Below, in pieces: positions 26,501 through 34,735 of a stretch of 37,801 nt of DNA. The notes below the pieces were generated by a model that was given only the letters and a program-made list of their open reading frames with translations, made no database searches and was not told where the DNA came from. The position numbers and the translations under genes are program-made. Within the stretch, counting starts at the first letter, position 1; every line of letters begins with the position of its first letter. Source of the DNA: a virus (taxonomy: Duplodnaviria; Caudoviricetes); the IMG/VR virus record IMGVR_UViG_3300032303_002088, positions 1-37,801 of that record, one strand, 5' to 3'.

Positions 26501-28876
26501 ATCTCCTGGTCTTGCCCTTGCTCCAGTAACAATTGGAACTGGAGTCCAATATGCACTAAAATTATCTGCAGTTTGCGAATATTCTAAAGTTGGTGGAAAT
26601 ACGTCTAAATTTAATCTGAAAGCATATAATTGTGCTCTAAAAATTCTTTGTACTGCATATGCTTTATCATAATCAGAATAAATTCCAGCAAAACAATCTT
26701 CATTTCCTTTCGCAATTACTTCCCAATACCATTTGCCAGTTTTAATTCCAAAATTAGATTTTCCAATAACACTTGATTCACCTTGCAATGTAAGACCCCC
26801 ATTCAAAATTGAAGTTGCATCTGAATTTAGTGAATTTAAAATTGCGTAATTTGCAGCGTTTTTACCTTGAAAAGTTCTGAAAGATGGAGAGTCTAGAGAA
26901 GAATCTCCACTGTTAAATCCATATGTTGCAAAAATATTATCTCTTGTTCCAGAGAAATAATAAGTTGTTCTTAATCCATTATTGCTTCCATCAAATGGAG
27001 CATATAAAATAGTATTATTATCTGTTTTTAATGCGCTAGATGGTACAGAAAAACCACCAGTTCCATAATATATTCCTGTGCTAATTTTTAGATCATCAAT
27101 ATATCCATAAAATGGATTAACATAACTTAAACTTCCACTATCCCAAACTGGCATACCACCAATAGTTAAGTAATTTGTATACCCTGTTGCTTTATTTAAA
27201 TTTGAAGATCTTCCAAATGATAATTCAGTATCTCTTCCTACATGTACTCCATTTAAATAATAATCGAATCTTTCAAGATTTGAATTTTCTGGAGCTTTTT
27301 GATAATGAGTTATAGCAATATGATTCCAAGTATTTAATGTCAAAGTACTTGTGCTACTCAAAAAGTAATTACCTGTTGGAGATTGTGGGTTAGGATTTGT
27401 TCCTATAGATGAAAAATAAGAATTAGCTTCTGTTTGATTTAAAAAATATTTAGTTTGAATTGATGGAGTAAAAAATGCTTTACCACTTTGAGGAGATGAT
27501 GTAAGATAATTTTCAATAATATATGGAGGATAATAACCATGAAATAAACCAAATACATTTAAACCTTGCCTTTGAGCAGAATCTGCTGGAGTAGTTGATC
27601 TTACTAAATTTAATCCTGTTGGATTATAATTAAATAGTTTATTTCTTGATCCTCTAGAAGAATTTGGTATATAAGGAGACGCTCCTGGTTCTGTTAAACC
27701 AACATAAATTCCCCATTGTGTTCCATCAACAATAGTATCATTAAAAGGTTTTTTTGATAGTTCTATTCCTGTAGATTCATGGAAACATAAAAGTGTGCCC
27801 ATAGTTTTACCTAAACCATTTGCATTACCATATAATAATCCTGTTGCTGGTGGTGAATCTGTAGGATAAACCCAAGTTTCAATTGTCCAATCTGTATCTA
27901 TTTTAAATCTAGAATTACCAGCATCAAAAACTCCACTAATTGGAATTGTCATGCATTTTGCTTGTTTAATATTTTGATATCGATTATTAGGAATAGATAA
28001 AGAAGCATTTCCAAATGCAAAAGTTAAATCAGAAAGATAAGTAAATCCAAAAAAATCATCTCTCTCTGGATTAGGAGTTCCTTGAATAAAATCTCTTTGA
28101 TCTATATAAGAAATCAAATCTGGATCTGGTTTATAATCTTGAGAGACAACGCTAAAATTATTTTCATCATTAACTAAAAATTTTAAATTTACTCCATTTG
28201 TATTATGATTTGTGTCTGAATATTTTGGAGTCCATAATTTTTTGTTTCCATAATATAAATATTTTCCTAAATCATTTGGATAAACAACTTTTCCATCAAA
28301 AAGATGATAATCTGCCATATATCCTTCAAATAATGCATTAAAATTATCTGATTCTGGATAATTTTTACCAAGAGCATGAGAAATGCCAGGATGAGCAAAA
28401 GGTCTTTTCTCTGTATACCTTGTTATTGATGCTCTATTATCTACATCCCATCTTGTGATTAATTCGCCATTTAAATATATTTTTAATCTATTTGAAGATA
28501 ATTCTTCATGAGTATCTAAAATTGCTACAATATTGTACCAGCCATTTATATCTGTAAATAACTGATCTGTACTAGTTAATAAATTTAAATAAGTATTTGT
28601 TGTCCCGTTATTATTATGGTAAACATATAATTTATTATTAATTATTTGCCATAGCCAATAATACTCAATTGGTGAAGTATTTTTCCAACTTGATAATAAA
28701 ATTCCATTATGCGTTCCTTGTCTAGATAATTTAAACCAAACACTTTGAGTTTGTCTATAATTAATTCCACCAAAACCAGGAGTATATTTCAAATAACTAC
28801 TTCTCCCATCAAACCTTAAAGAATTTGGTACTAAATAATATTGATTATCTTTATTAAATAAATTTAATTGAAACAT
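20588..28876 (-). CDS. Giant virion/tail-fibre-like protein (LamG, SPRY-like, FG-GAP and BNR propeller repeats)
   Basis: 2762 aa; WTIETWVY, WNHIAI, GYIDDLKIS; GKWYWEV, NFGQKPF; repeated FGxSV...IVIGAP; SxDxGxxW Asp-boxes. Confidence 0.85.
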   Translation of the reverse strand: MFQLNLFNKDNQYYLVPNSLRFDGRSSYLKYTPGFGGINYRQTQSVWFKLSRQGTHNGILLSSWKNTSPIEYYWLWQIINNKLYVYHNNNGTTNTYLNLLTSTDQLFTDINGWYNIVAILDTHEELSSNRLKIYLNGELITRWDVDNRASITRYTEKRPFAHPGISHALGKNYPESDNFNALFEGYMADYHLFDGKVVYPNDLGKYLYYGNKKLWTPKYSDTNHNTNGVNLKFLVNDENNFSVVSQDYKPDPDLISYIDQRDFIQGTPNPERDDFFGFTYLSDLTFAFGNASLSIPNNRYQNIKQAKCMTIPISGVFDAGNSRFKIDTDWTIETWVYPTDSPPATGLLYGNANGLGKTMGTLLCFHESTGIELSKKPFNDTIVDGTQWGIYVGLTEPGASPYIPNSSRGSRNKLFNYNPTGLNLVRSTTPADSAQRQGLNVFGLFHGYYPPYIIENYLTSSPQSGKAFFTPSIQTKYFLNQTEANSYFSSIGTNPNPQSPTGNYFLSSTSTLTLNTWNHIAITHYQKAPENSNLERFDYYLNGVHVGRDTELSFGRSSNLNKATGYTNYLTIGGMPVWDSGSLSYVNPFYGYIDDLKISTGIYYGTGGFSVPSSALKTDNNTILYAPFDGSNNGLRTTYYFSGTRDNIFATYGFNSGDSSLDSPSFRTFQGKNAANYAILNSLNSDATSILNGGLTLQGESSVIGKSNFGIKTGKWYWEVIAKGNEDCFAGIYSDYDKAYAVQRIFRAQLYAFRLNLDVFPPTLEYSQTADNFSAYWTPVPIVTGARARPGDYYYPFLQTINKGLAEINFGQKPFKLWKDIYSRENITGYANSYNTSGYWRSLNTVHLDNLAINPKEHLQIKEFNSQDIMASGEFTSVDFGTGDNPSLFMLVKGKEATPAHGTTPALYYEPIIVPNRNLLGSGNNLYLQINSQNPAYDLGVPADTSFMGKRWYNLDTFNGRIAEVKFLSGRKRTSDFGQSVAINNLGTSIVIGAPNINSSHLVRPYSNSSSFSTGSVVIFTGLAGNISFKNTEITGLRSYKTGEYPYYYNFIFDSNNDWVWPTKNARYGMWVGYGAGVTEGFYQTGYTGLQNGILTGATTSNAFGYSVSVNSDSSTIVVGAPKTSYIKSTGVFPSIFDSSSWIQRSVAFDISSRFCKIAQSNDGKYKIAISSYSQMYVSSDYGINWINKSSNNPYLRFTSVDMSEDGKYQIACIEDDLNLWESLDYGTTWKYKKLNVTPVITAKKWTAISVSKDYKYQTLVAEGDKIYISDSAGNKWIPKENNRSWKSVAVSSDGQYQIAAGYGTNLYVSSDKGLNWTAREYARSWASVSISEDGKYQMAVDSTGSIYNSQNNGLAWTDRNIIANWSSCSMNRDGRFQFASATGTSINSNGVWMSINTGISWNNSAFSSLAKNDWREISISSDGRQLIGLKPYLTNSNIVYTSSLNLLNNTVNTMTNAGMAYVFNGSLLNYNFSTFFTGDSNLHGQENFGHKVKINQDGNLIVIGAPQDGQFKNGAVYIYTGSQNAWSLCKKITGSSGSYLGWDIDVNVPSISSGRHVIAAGAPGYSQELEYPSNVSEKNVGQVYIITGSGSNFNIKNIITNPSYPSDSGCFGYSIGMNASGNVIVIGAPSGNFDPKNVYTIVSGIYRIGSNQSYYNQLDSSSGAFLQTGFLNSLGTLYNAKITEYNIPTGILKTGRTAQANFTNRSGIFVSTLSLGTGLKINNNTLSDDGWACTGFVVSGTSASEIQNANNQENYWQFTIGCSGFPYSGLRVKNFEGLKFKTNNTGPRFWSLLFSGQNYNSFQTLKSSTFANNTTVDLSLGFDLSSNPIVISGGTSGTFRVLAQNAVPTIQRFIGTGIFIGDNIVNGDFKIFGDITEFVTGAENYANFRMNAPFLVQTNQNDFPSTFYNNLFNFDKRHKETTLKGLKQIQTNFPGRNVFISTTGYSGNLELNIPHGISIGDSGLVDFGAAGLRTGQLIPSNTFKITGVNSLYDLAFNCGANIDYLSSGYCRLIVPNKNIDGTGKAYVYFSPIDQTGNSMITGITGDYNKEARITPNIYPDINFGFGSIRRPYSSLFGHSVAMSDSGHVVFVGAPKEFFSQSFRQPYNNLPDAGSIYTYTGQGGSFIRNSKLTASNRNQYNNFGSHIAINRLGDFIIVGSNLQNNSNAVVKAGDENIFNYSGAGYVFNLGRPKTKDFFNPPSGTIKFTAYNFGSNDNKLSYPFVDTRGKMEMLVYTGNSLDSRNIQYISHNLEKTPAFVITKCMTQSSDWWIWHHEMEYNYSSVLLNKNLPVNNSGAYLLKNLINYGPNNEGSYTLTNVSGILETTSASRITGLYSDRSPVIAFRIPKGGNITGFDPGFTNTGIFFSGLSLGPGLTGTKPNTSLNGWLVSGFHPCSSTFTIQDIYNSNDLGKYWQFGIGYRNANIPTNPLTGFVIKGISGLSVITNTTPGNVGPKIWGLLYSIGDQNHIPFQTPITQDGKNYITIATYSGANTANQVLNLSSQWNSTITNSGFALGYDQTGFFRIVGVGDSNLKSPTGFAIMLSGIAAPINNDTASTSGFGIYGQYRMQPYQTPIITTSGSYSVIPSDTTRELIGSWNGITGSSGPYGLFTNRSFIAQGTGNISGETYFSLLFGETEGGSKFGSYIGNGLANGPFVTTNFSPKLIIIKNMNVWPATTNAEKTHWIMIDNYNNKTNPATNYYILNKNSTILNTTENNIEFFSNGFKIKSADSANCLINMNAQKYIFAAFAESPFKYNNSYTGV

Positions 28877-28877
28877 A

Positions 28878-29735
28878 TTATCCTATCATATAATTAAGTG
28901 CAAAAGTTCCATACATTTTACCACCTATTGATATGAAAGAAAGAATATCTAATCTATTTGCTACGCCATTCAATTGAACATCTATATTATCTGGGAATAT
29001 ATAATCTGAACTAAAAGATATTGACCTTCCTCCTACATCATCTTGTTTGATAACCAATATATAAATTCCTCCTTGCCTTTGATTTGCTGGACTGCTTAAA
29101 AATCTATTGCCTTTTAATGTTATATAAGCTACTTGAGCATCATCTAAATTCCAATATATATAAGCACTATCAGTTAGTTCTTGTGCTGTAAAATTATGTT
29201 GTTTTGTAAATGATTGAACAGAAGTTAATGAAGCCACAGAATCTGTATTTAATTTGGTTGTAGTTATTGTTCCATCTAAAATTTTATCATTAGAAATAGT
29301 ATTATCTGCTATTTTATCATTAGTTATTGCACTATCTTGTATTTTTAAAGTAGTTATAGCTTGATTGGCTAATTGATTTGTATCAACGCTTCCATTTGTA
29401 ATTGATGCTTGTCCATTGATAATAGTAAATGCACCTGCTAAAGTCGTAGTTAAAGTAGTAATTGTAGCAGAATTTGCTTTTAGGTTTCCATTTATTTCTA
29501 AAAGTGTTGCAGGATTTTCGACTCCCACACCAATATTACCATTTGGTAATATAGTTAATCTTCTTACTCCACCTGTTGACAGACCAATTTTATCATTATT
29601 ATCAAATACTAAACCTGTATTTTCATCAGATGATCCACATAATGATGGAGCAGCTGGTGTACCTAAAGCCAATTTAACTTGAGAAGCTATTAAAGTAGAT
29701 GTTTCAATACTATCTGTTTGAAGGATTCTAGCCAT
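28878..29735 (-). CDS. Tail-fibre-like protein
   Basis: GTPAAPS, DENTG, GNIGVG, repeated ITxxKIxDxxI, KQDDVGGRSISF C-terminal domain. Confidence 0.8.
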   Translation of the reverse strand: MARILQTDSIETSTLIASQVKLALGTPAAPSLCGSSDENTGLVFDNNDKIGLSTGGVRRLTILPNGNIGVGVENPATLLEINGNLKANSATITTLTTTLAGAFTIINGQASITNGSVDTNQLANQAITTLKIQDSAITNDKIADNTISNDKILDGTITTTKLNTDSVASLTSVQSFTKQHNFTAQELTDSAYIYWNLDDAQVAYITLKGNRFLSSPANQRQGGIYILVIKQDDVGGRSISFSSDYIFPDNIDVQLNGVANRLDILSFISIGGKMYGTFALNYMIG

Positions 29736-29743
29736 GTACTATA

Positions 29744-29749
29744 TTACAC
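29744..29749 (-). promoter_or_regulatory. GTGTAA motif
   Basis: 8 nt before ATG 29735 of the structural operon. Confidence 0.6.
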
Positions 29750-29860
29750 GAATAAAAATCAGTACACTTAAAATACAATTAAAATAAAAATGTTAATAAT
29801 TCGAACTTTTTTACTTTTATTTTTCTTAAGAAAGATGTAATATAAAGTTTAGTTTATCTT

Positions 29861-32122
29861 ATGAGTAAAGCAATTTTAATTAAAAAACGAAATGGATGTT
29901 CTGAAAAATTTAACATAGAAAAAATAAATAAAGTAATTAAATGGGCAATTGATGGTTATTCTGGAGTAAGCCTTACTGATATAGAAATAAACGCTAATAT
30001 AAATATACATGAAGGCATTTCAACAAAAGAAATTCATTCGCTACTAATAGAAAGTGCAGCAAACCTTATATCAATATCTAGTCCCAATTACCAATATGTT
30101 GCAAGTAGACTTTTAAATTATCAATTAAGAAAAGAAGTATGGAAAGGAAAACATGCTCCAAGATTAATAGAATTTATACAAAACTCTATAAAAAATAAAA
30201 TATATGATCCTATTATTTTAGAAAAATATACAGAAGATGAATTAAATAAAATTGGTGAGTTTATAGATCATGAAAGAGATTATATTTTTACATATGCTGG
30301 TATAAAACAACTTTGTGATAAATATTTAATTAAAAATAGAACAAATGGAATAATATATGAAACTCCACAATTTGCTTATATATTAATCGCAACTTATGCT
30401 TTTATAAATTATCCAATAGAATCTAGATTAAATTATGTTCGTAAATTTTATGATGCAATTAGTAAACATAAAATTAATCTTCCAACGCCAGTAATGGCAG
30501 GAGTAAGAACTAGCAGTAGAAATTATGCAAGTTGTTGTTTAATTGGAGTAGATGATACAAGAGAAAGTATTACAGCTAGTGCAACTGCTGTAAGTATGGC
30601 TACCGCTAATAGATGTGGTATTGGAATTGATGTTAGTAAAATTAGAGCGATTGGTTCTCCCATTAAAAATGGAGAAGTTGTTCATACTGGATTAATTCCA
30701 TTTTTAAAAATTTATGAAAGTAGTGTTAAAGCTTGGCAACAAAATGGACTAAGAGGTGGTAGTGCAACTTGCAATATACAATGGTGGCATTACGAAATTG
30801 AAGATATCATTGTATTAAAAAATAATGCTGGAACAGATGATAATAGAGTTCGCAAACTTGATTATACAATTGGAATGAGTAAACTATTTTACGATAGAGT
30901 ACTAAAAGATGAAGATATTACTTTATTTAATAATGCAGAAGTTCCAGAACTTTATGAGGCTTGGGGAACAAAAAACTTTGATAAAGTATATAAAGAATGT
31001 GAATCTAAAAAATTAAAAATTAAAAAGAAAATATCTGCTCGTAAATTATTTTCTCTTATAATTAAAGAAAGAGTTGAGACTGGTCGTATTTATGTCCTAA
31101 ATGTAGATCATGCTAATGATCATGGAGCTTGGTCTGATAAGGTTACAATGAGTAATCTTTGTACTGAAGTCATTCATCCTACTATTCCATTAAATGATTA
31201 TAATGATAAAGATGGTGAAATTGGAATGTGTATTCTTTCGGCAGTAAATATGCTAGAAATAAAAAACTGGCAAGATCTTGAAAAGACTTGCGATCTTATC
31301 GTAAGATTTCTTGATGAAATCATTGAACTTCAAGATTATTTTAATATTGCTGCTGAAAATTTTGCTAAAAAACGCCGTAGTATTGGAGTAGGTATTACTA
31401 ATCTTGCAGCTTATCTAGCTAAAAATGAATTAAAATATAATTCAGATAAATCTCTTTCAGTAATTGATGAATGGATGGAGCACTTTCAATATTATCTTTT
31501 GAAATCAAGTCTTCAATTAGCTAAAGAAAAAGGTATGTGCGAAAAATTTAATAGAACAAAATATTCAAATGGAATATTACCAATTGATACTTATAAAGAT
31601 AAATTAGATGAAATTTGTAAAAGAAAATTATCTCTTGATTGGGAATCTTTAAGAAAAGAAATTAAAGAATATGGATTAAGACATTCAACTTTGTCAGCTT
31701 GTATGCCTTGTGAAAGTAGTTCTGTTATTCAATGCTCTACAAATGGAGTTGAGCCAATTAGAAGTTTAATTACTTATAAAATGAGTAAGATGGGTAAACT
31801 TCCAGTATTAGTTCCAGGGATAGGAAAATATGAAGGTAATTATGAATTAGCTTACGATTTTAAAGATAATTCTGGATTATTAAAAATGAATGCTATTATT
31901 CAAAAATATATTGACATGGCTATATCAACTAATGTATACTACAATTATAGTCATTATGAAAATAACGTACTTCCAGACGCAAAAGTTATGAAAGAATTAA
32001 TGTACGCATATAGTCTTGGATTAATTAGTTTATATTATAATAATACAGATGATGGTGATAAAGAGCAATCATTAAATCAAAAAGAAGATAGAGATTGCTC
32101 AAGTGGTGCGTGTAAACTATAG
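29861..32122 (+). CDS. nrdA: Ribonucleotide reductase class Ia alpha subunit with ATP cone
   Basis: IKKRNG cone, PTPVMAG, ASCC, SNLCTE, C-terminal CSSGAC. Confidence 0.97.
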   Translation: MSKAILIKKRNGCSEKFNIEKINKVIKWAIDGYSGVSLTDIEINANINIHEGISTKEIHSLLIESAANLISISSPNYQYVASRLLNYQLRKEVWKGKHAPRLIEFIQNSIKNKIYDPIILEKYTEDELNKIGEFIDHERDYIFTYAGIKQLCDKYLIKNRTNGIIYETPQFAYILIATYAFINYPIESRLNYVRKFYDAISKHKINLPTPVMAGVRTSSRNYASCCLIGVDDTRESITASATAVSMATANRCGIGIDVSKIRAIGSPIKNGEVVHTGLIPFLKIYESSVKAWQQNGLRGGSATCNIQWWHYEIEDIIVLKNNAGTDDNRVRKLDYTIGMSKLFYDRVLKDEDITLFNNAEVPELYEAWGTKNFDKVYKECESKKLKIKKKISARKLFSLIIKERVETGRIYVLNVDHANDHGAWSDKVTMSNLCTEVIHPTIPLNDYNDKDGEIGMCILSAVNMLEIKNWQDLEKTCDLIVRFLDEIIELQDYFNIAAENFAKKRRSIGVGITNLAAYLAKNELKYNSDKSLSVIDEWMEHFQYYLLKSSLQLAKEKGMCEKFNRTKYSNGILPIDTYKDKLDEICKRKLSLDWESLRKEIKEYGLRHSTLSACMPCESSSVIQCSTNGVEPIRSLITYKMSKMGKLPVLVPGIGKYEGNYELAYDFKDNSGLLKMNAIIQKYIDMAISTNVYYNYSHYENNVLPDAKVMKELMYAYSLGLISLYYNNTDDGDKEQSLNQKEDRDCSSGACKL

Positions 32123-32125
32123 TCC

Positions 32126-33190
32126 ATGAAAACAGTATTAAATTTTAAAAATGTAGATACTACGAAACAACCATTATTTCTTGGAGAAGACCTTAATCTT
32201 CAAAGATATGATCGTTTTAAGTATCCAGTATTTTTTGAATTATTTAAAAAGCAAAATGAAAATTTTTGGTGGCCTCATGAAATTGCTCTTAGTAAAGATA
32301 GAAGCGATTATAAAAATTTAACCGATACAGAAAGATTTTTATTTGATAGCAATTTAAGATTTCAAACTCTAGGTGATAGCATGCTTTCAAGAAGCATTCA
32401 TTCTCTTAAAGATTATGTAAGTAATCCAGAATTAGAGATATGCATGAATACTTGGGCTCAGTTTGAAGGTATTCATAGCTATTCTTATTCTTATCTTTTG
32501 AATAATGTTTATCCAGATCCTACAAAATTCTTTGATAGTATTATGGAAGATAAAGAAATTACAAGTCGCGCCGAGTTAATTAGAAATAATTTTGATAAAA
32601 TTCTTGGCGATGATGAGAAAAAAGATCCTAAACAAAAGATTTTTGATGCAATTCTTTCTATTAATGTCATGGAAGGTCTTGTATTTTATGTTTCTTTTGC
32701 TTGTTCTTTTTATTTTGGATATCGTGGTAAGATGGAAGGTAATTCTAAGATTATTAAATTTATTCAAAGAGATGAAGCTCTTCATTTTGCAGTCAGTCAA
32801 AACTTACTTAAAATTTTAAGAGATGAAGATAAAGAAGGTTTTACTAGCATCGTTAAGAAAAGCGAAGATAAAATATATGCTTTTTATGAACAAGCTGCAA
32901 AAAATGAATGCGAATGGTCACAATATTTATTTAGCAAAGGTAATTTATTAGGATTAAATCCAGAAGTTCTTGATGGATATTCTAAATGGCTATGTGATAA
33001 TAGATTAAGAAGTATAGGTTATAAGAAGATATTTAATCAAAAAGATAACCCAATTGGTGGTTGGCTTGATAGTTATTTAGACAGTAGTAAAGTGCAAACC
33101 GCACCACAAGAAACAGAATTGCAATCATATAAAATTGGTGCCAGAGATACAAATTTAAGTGACGAAGATTTTGGTGATTTAAAGCTATAA
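32126..33190 (+). CDS. nrdB: Ribonucleotide reductase class Ia beta subunit
   Basis: FWWPHE, GDS, EGIHSYSY (radical Tyr), EGLVFY, RDEALH. Confidence 0.97.
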   Translation: MKTVLNFKNVDTTKQPLFLGEDLNLQRYDRFKYPVFFELFKKQNENFWWPHEIALSKDRSDYKNLTDTERFLFDSNLRFQTLGDSMLSRSIHSLKDYVSNPELEICMNTWAQFEGIHSYSYSYLLNNVYPDPTKFFDSIMEDKEITSRAELIRNNFDKILGDDEKKDPKQKIFDAILSINVMEGLVFYVSFACSFYFGYRGKMEGNSKIIKFIQRDEALHFAVSQNLLKILRDEDKEGFTSIVKKSEDKIYAFYEQAAKNECEWSQYLFSKGNLLGLNPEVLDGYSKWLCDNRLRSIGYKKIFNQKDNPIGGWLDSYLDSSKVQTAPQETELQSYKIGARDTNLSDEDFGDLKL

Positions 33191-33219
33191 TAATTATCTG
33201 AAAAAGTGTAAATATCTAT

Positions 33220-33552
33220 GTGAATTTAGATATTAACATATTATTTAATTTAATTTTGGGGGCATTATCGTTCTTAGGTGGTTGGTTGTTTACTAGAGTT
33301 TTCTCTTTATTTGATAAGCAAGAAAAGTTAATGAAGGAATTGAATGATAAAACATTTAGCGATTTTATAACTTTAAGAAAAGAACTAGAAGCAGAGAGTA
33401 GAAAAAATGAACAAGATATTGCTGATCTAGCTTTAAAAGTTAGCACAACTTATGCCACAAAAGATACAGTAGAGAATACTATGGAAAAGATTGAAGATAA
33501 ACTTGATAGGAATTTTGAATTGATTCAACAGTATTTTTTCGATAAAAACTAA
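33220..33552 (+). CDS. N-terminal TM plus coiled-coil protein (holin-like architecture)
   Basis: Single hydrophobic helix then heptad pattern; GTGTAA 8 nt upstream. Confidence 0.65.
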   Translation: MNLDINILFNLILGALSFLGGWLFTRVFSLFDKQEKLMKELNDKTFSDFITLRKELEAESRKNEQDIADLALKVSTTYATKDTVENTMEKIEDKLDRNFELIQQYFFDKN

Positions 33553-33571
33553 TTTAACTGTAATAGTATAA

Positions 33572-34093
33572 GTGATAGTAACTGATAAAGATATATCTTA
33601 TCTTTCTAAAAAACTTAATCTATCTGAAGAGAAGACCTTCTGTTTAATTGATGATCCAGAAGCAGTAGAAAAAATACTAATAAAAGTAGCACAAGAAGAT
33701 TTGCATGGAAATGAAGTAGTAGACATTAGTTTTCCACTTTATACATGTTTATGCATTTTAAAATATAGTGAAGATTTAAAATACGATTTTAACGAGAAAG
33801 AATATATAAGTGATACTATAAGTAAAAAATATCCTACAATAAGTAAGGACAAGCTTGAAGAAGAATTTATTTTAAATATAAAAAAGAATGAAGATAGTGC
33901 TCAATACTTTACTGTGTTCTTAGGATTCTTTCATAAAAAATTGGATAGACCAAGAAGGTGCTATCCAGATCAAAAGATTTATTATACTATAGCTAAAGAA
34001 GGTTACAATAATTCAAACCGAGAGAATATAGCTTATCATTTAAATAATTGGATTAAAGTCTTAAGAAGAATCAATACTGAAATTTGGTTTTAA
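33572..34093 (+). CDS. hypothetical protein
   Basis: 173 aa, GTG start, CTGTAA 8 nt upstream. Confidence 0.7.
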   Translation: MIVTDKDISYLSKKLNLSEEKTFCLIDDPEAVEKILIKVAQEDLHGNEVVDISFPLYTCLCILKYSEDLKYDFNEKEYISDTISKKYPTISKDKLEEEFILNIKKNEDSAQYFTVFLGFFHKKLDRPRRCYPDQKIYYTIAKEGYNNSNRENIAYHLNNWIKVLRRINTEIWF

Positions 34094-34143
34094 ATCTTAT
34101 CTTAATTATTATACTTTTCTTTAATATCCCATAGAAGACTTTC

Positions 34144-34430
34144 CCTCATATATAATATTGAGGTTGTATCTAGTATATAGTCCCTACTTTTCTTTTAACT
34201 CCCATTTTTCTCTTGCGAGGAAACAGACTACGGCATTTATAGAGGCGAGGTGGCTTACCTCTGTTACATTGCCGTCCCTTACAGCCACACATTAATTCCC
34301 AAGCCATCTTATGCACAAGGGAAGTTTTCATAGTCGCAAGTCTTCACAGCGTTGCTATCTCTTGGAACTATATACTAAACAGTTTTCTATAAAACTATCA
34401 AAATTGCCTATAATTAGAAGGCTATGTCAA
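34144..34430 (-). ncRNA. Candidate structured non-coding RNA, family not recognised
   Basis: GC-richer intergenic segment behind a consensus promoter; 14-bp closing helix 34171-34184/34364-34377 with nested helices; G-U pairs favour the minus strand. Confidence 0.6.
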
Positions 34431-34436
34431 TAGGTT

Positions 34437-34465
34437 ATAATACTACTCTTTTTGGAGTTTGTCAA
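34437..34465 (-). promoter_or_regulatory. sigma70 promoter for the candidate RNA
   Basis: TTGACA-N17-TATTAT. Confidence 0.75.
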
Positions 34466-34486
34466 ATTTTTTTATATAATATTTTC

Positions 34487-34702
34487 ATGGAGCTTATTAA
34501 AAATCAGAACTCTTGGAAAAAATTTATTAAAAATAAACTTAAAAGCTATAATTTAGAAGATAGTAGAATTGATAATAATTTTAAGCCTCAAGAGTTTCCT
34601 TGTTTAGCTCAATCATATATAAATTCAGATGTTAATGGTTTAAGATTAAAATTTGTATTTGCTTATAAAAAAGATTGCAAAAAACTATTAAGTAAAGTAT
34701 AA
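34487..34702 (+). CDS. hypothetical protein
   Basis: Start reassigned to ATG 34487, 6 nt after TATAAT. Confidence 0.65.
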   Translation: MELIKNQNSWKKFIKNKLKSYNLEDSRIDNNFKPQEFPCLAQSYINSDVNGLRLKFVFAYKKDCKKLLSKV

Positions 34703-34711
34703 TCTGTGTAA
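34675..34711 (+). promoter_or_regulatory. tmRNA promoter region (sigma70 plus GTGTAA)
   Basis: TTGCAA-N17-TATAAT (34675-34703) and GTGTAA 34706-34711. Confidence 0.65.
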
Positions 34712-34735
34712 GATCGTTTGTAGTTCTTTCTCATT

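Noticed and set aside
16457-33190. Inteins or introns in terL, nrdA, nrdB
   Set aside because: Lengths are normal and motifs contiguous.
34144-34430. RNase P RNA, 6S RNA or group I intron
   Set aside because: A GAGGGAAAGUC-like string falls at the 3' end rather than the 5' end; the fold is branched, not a 6S rod; no interrupted gene or P4-P6 core is identifiable.
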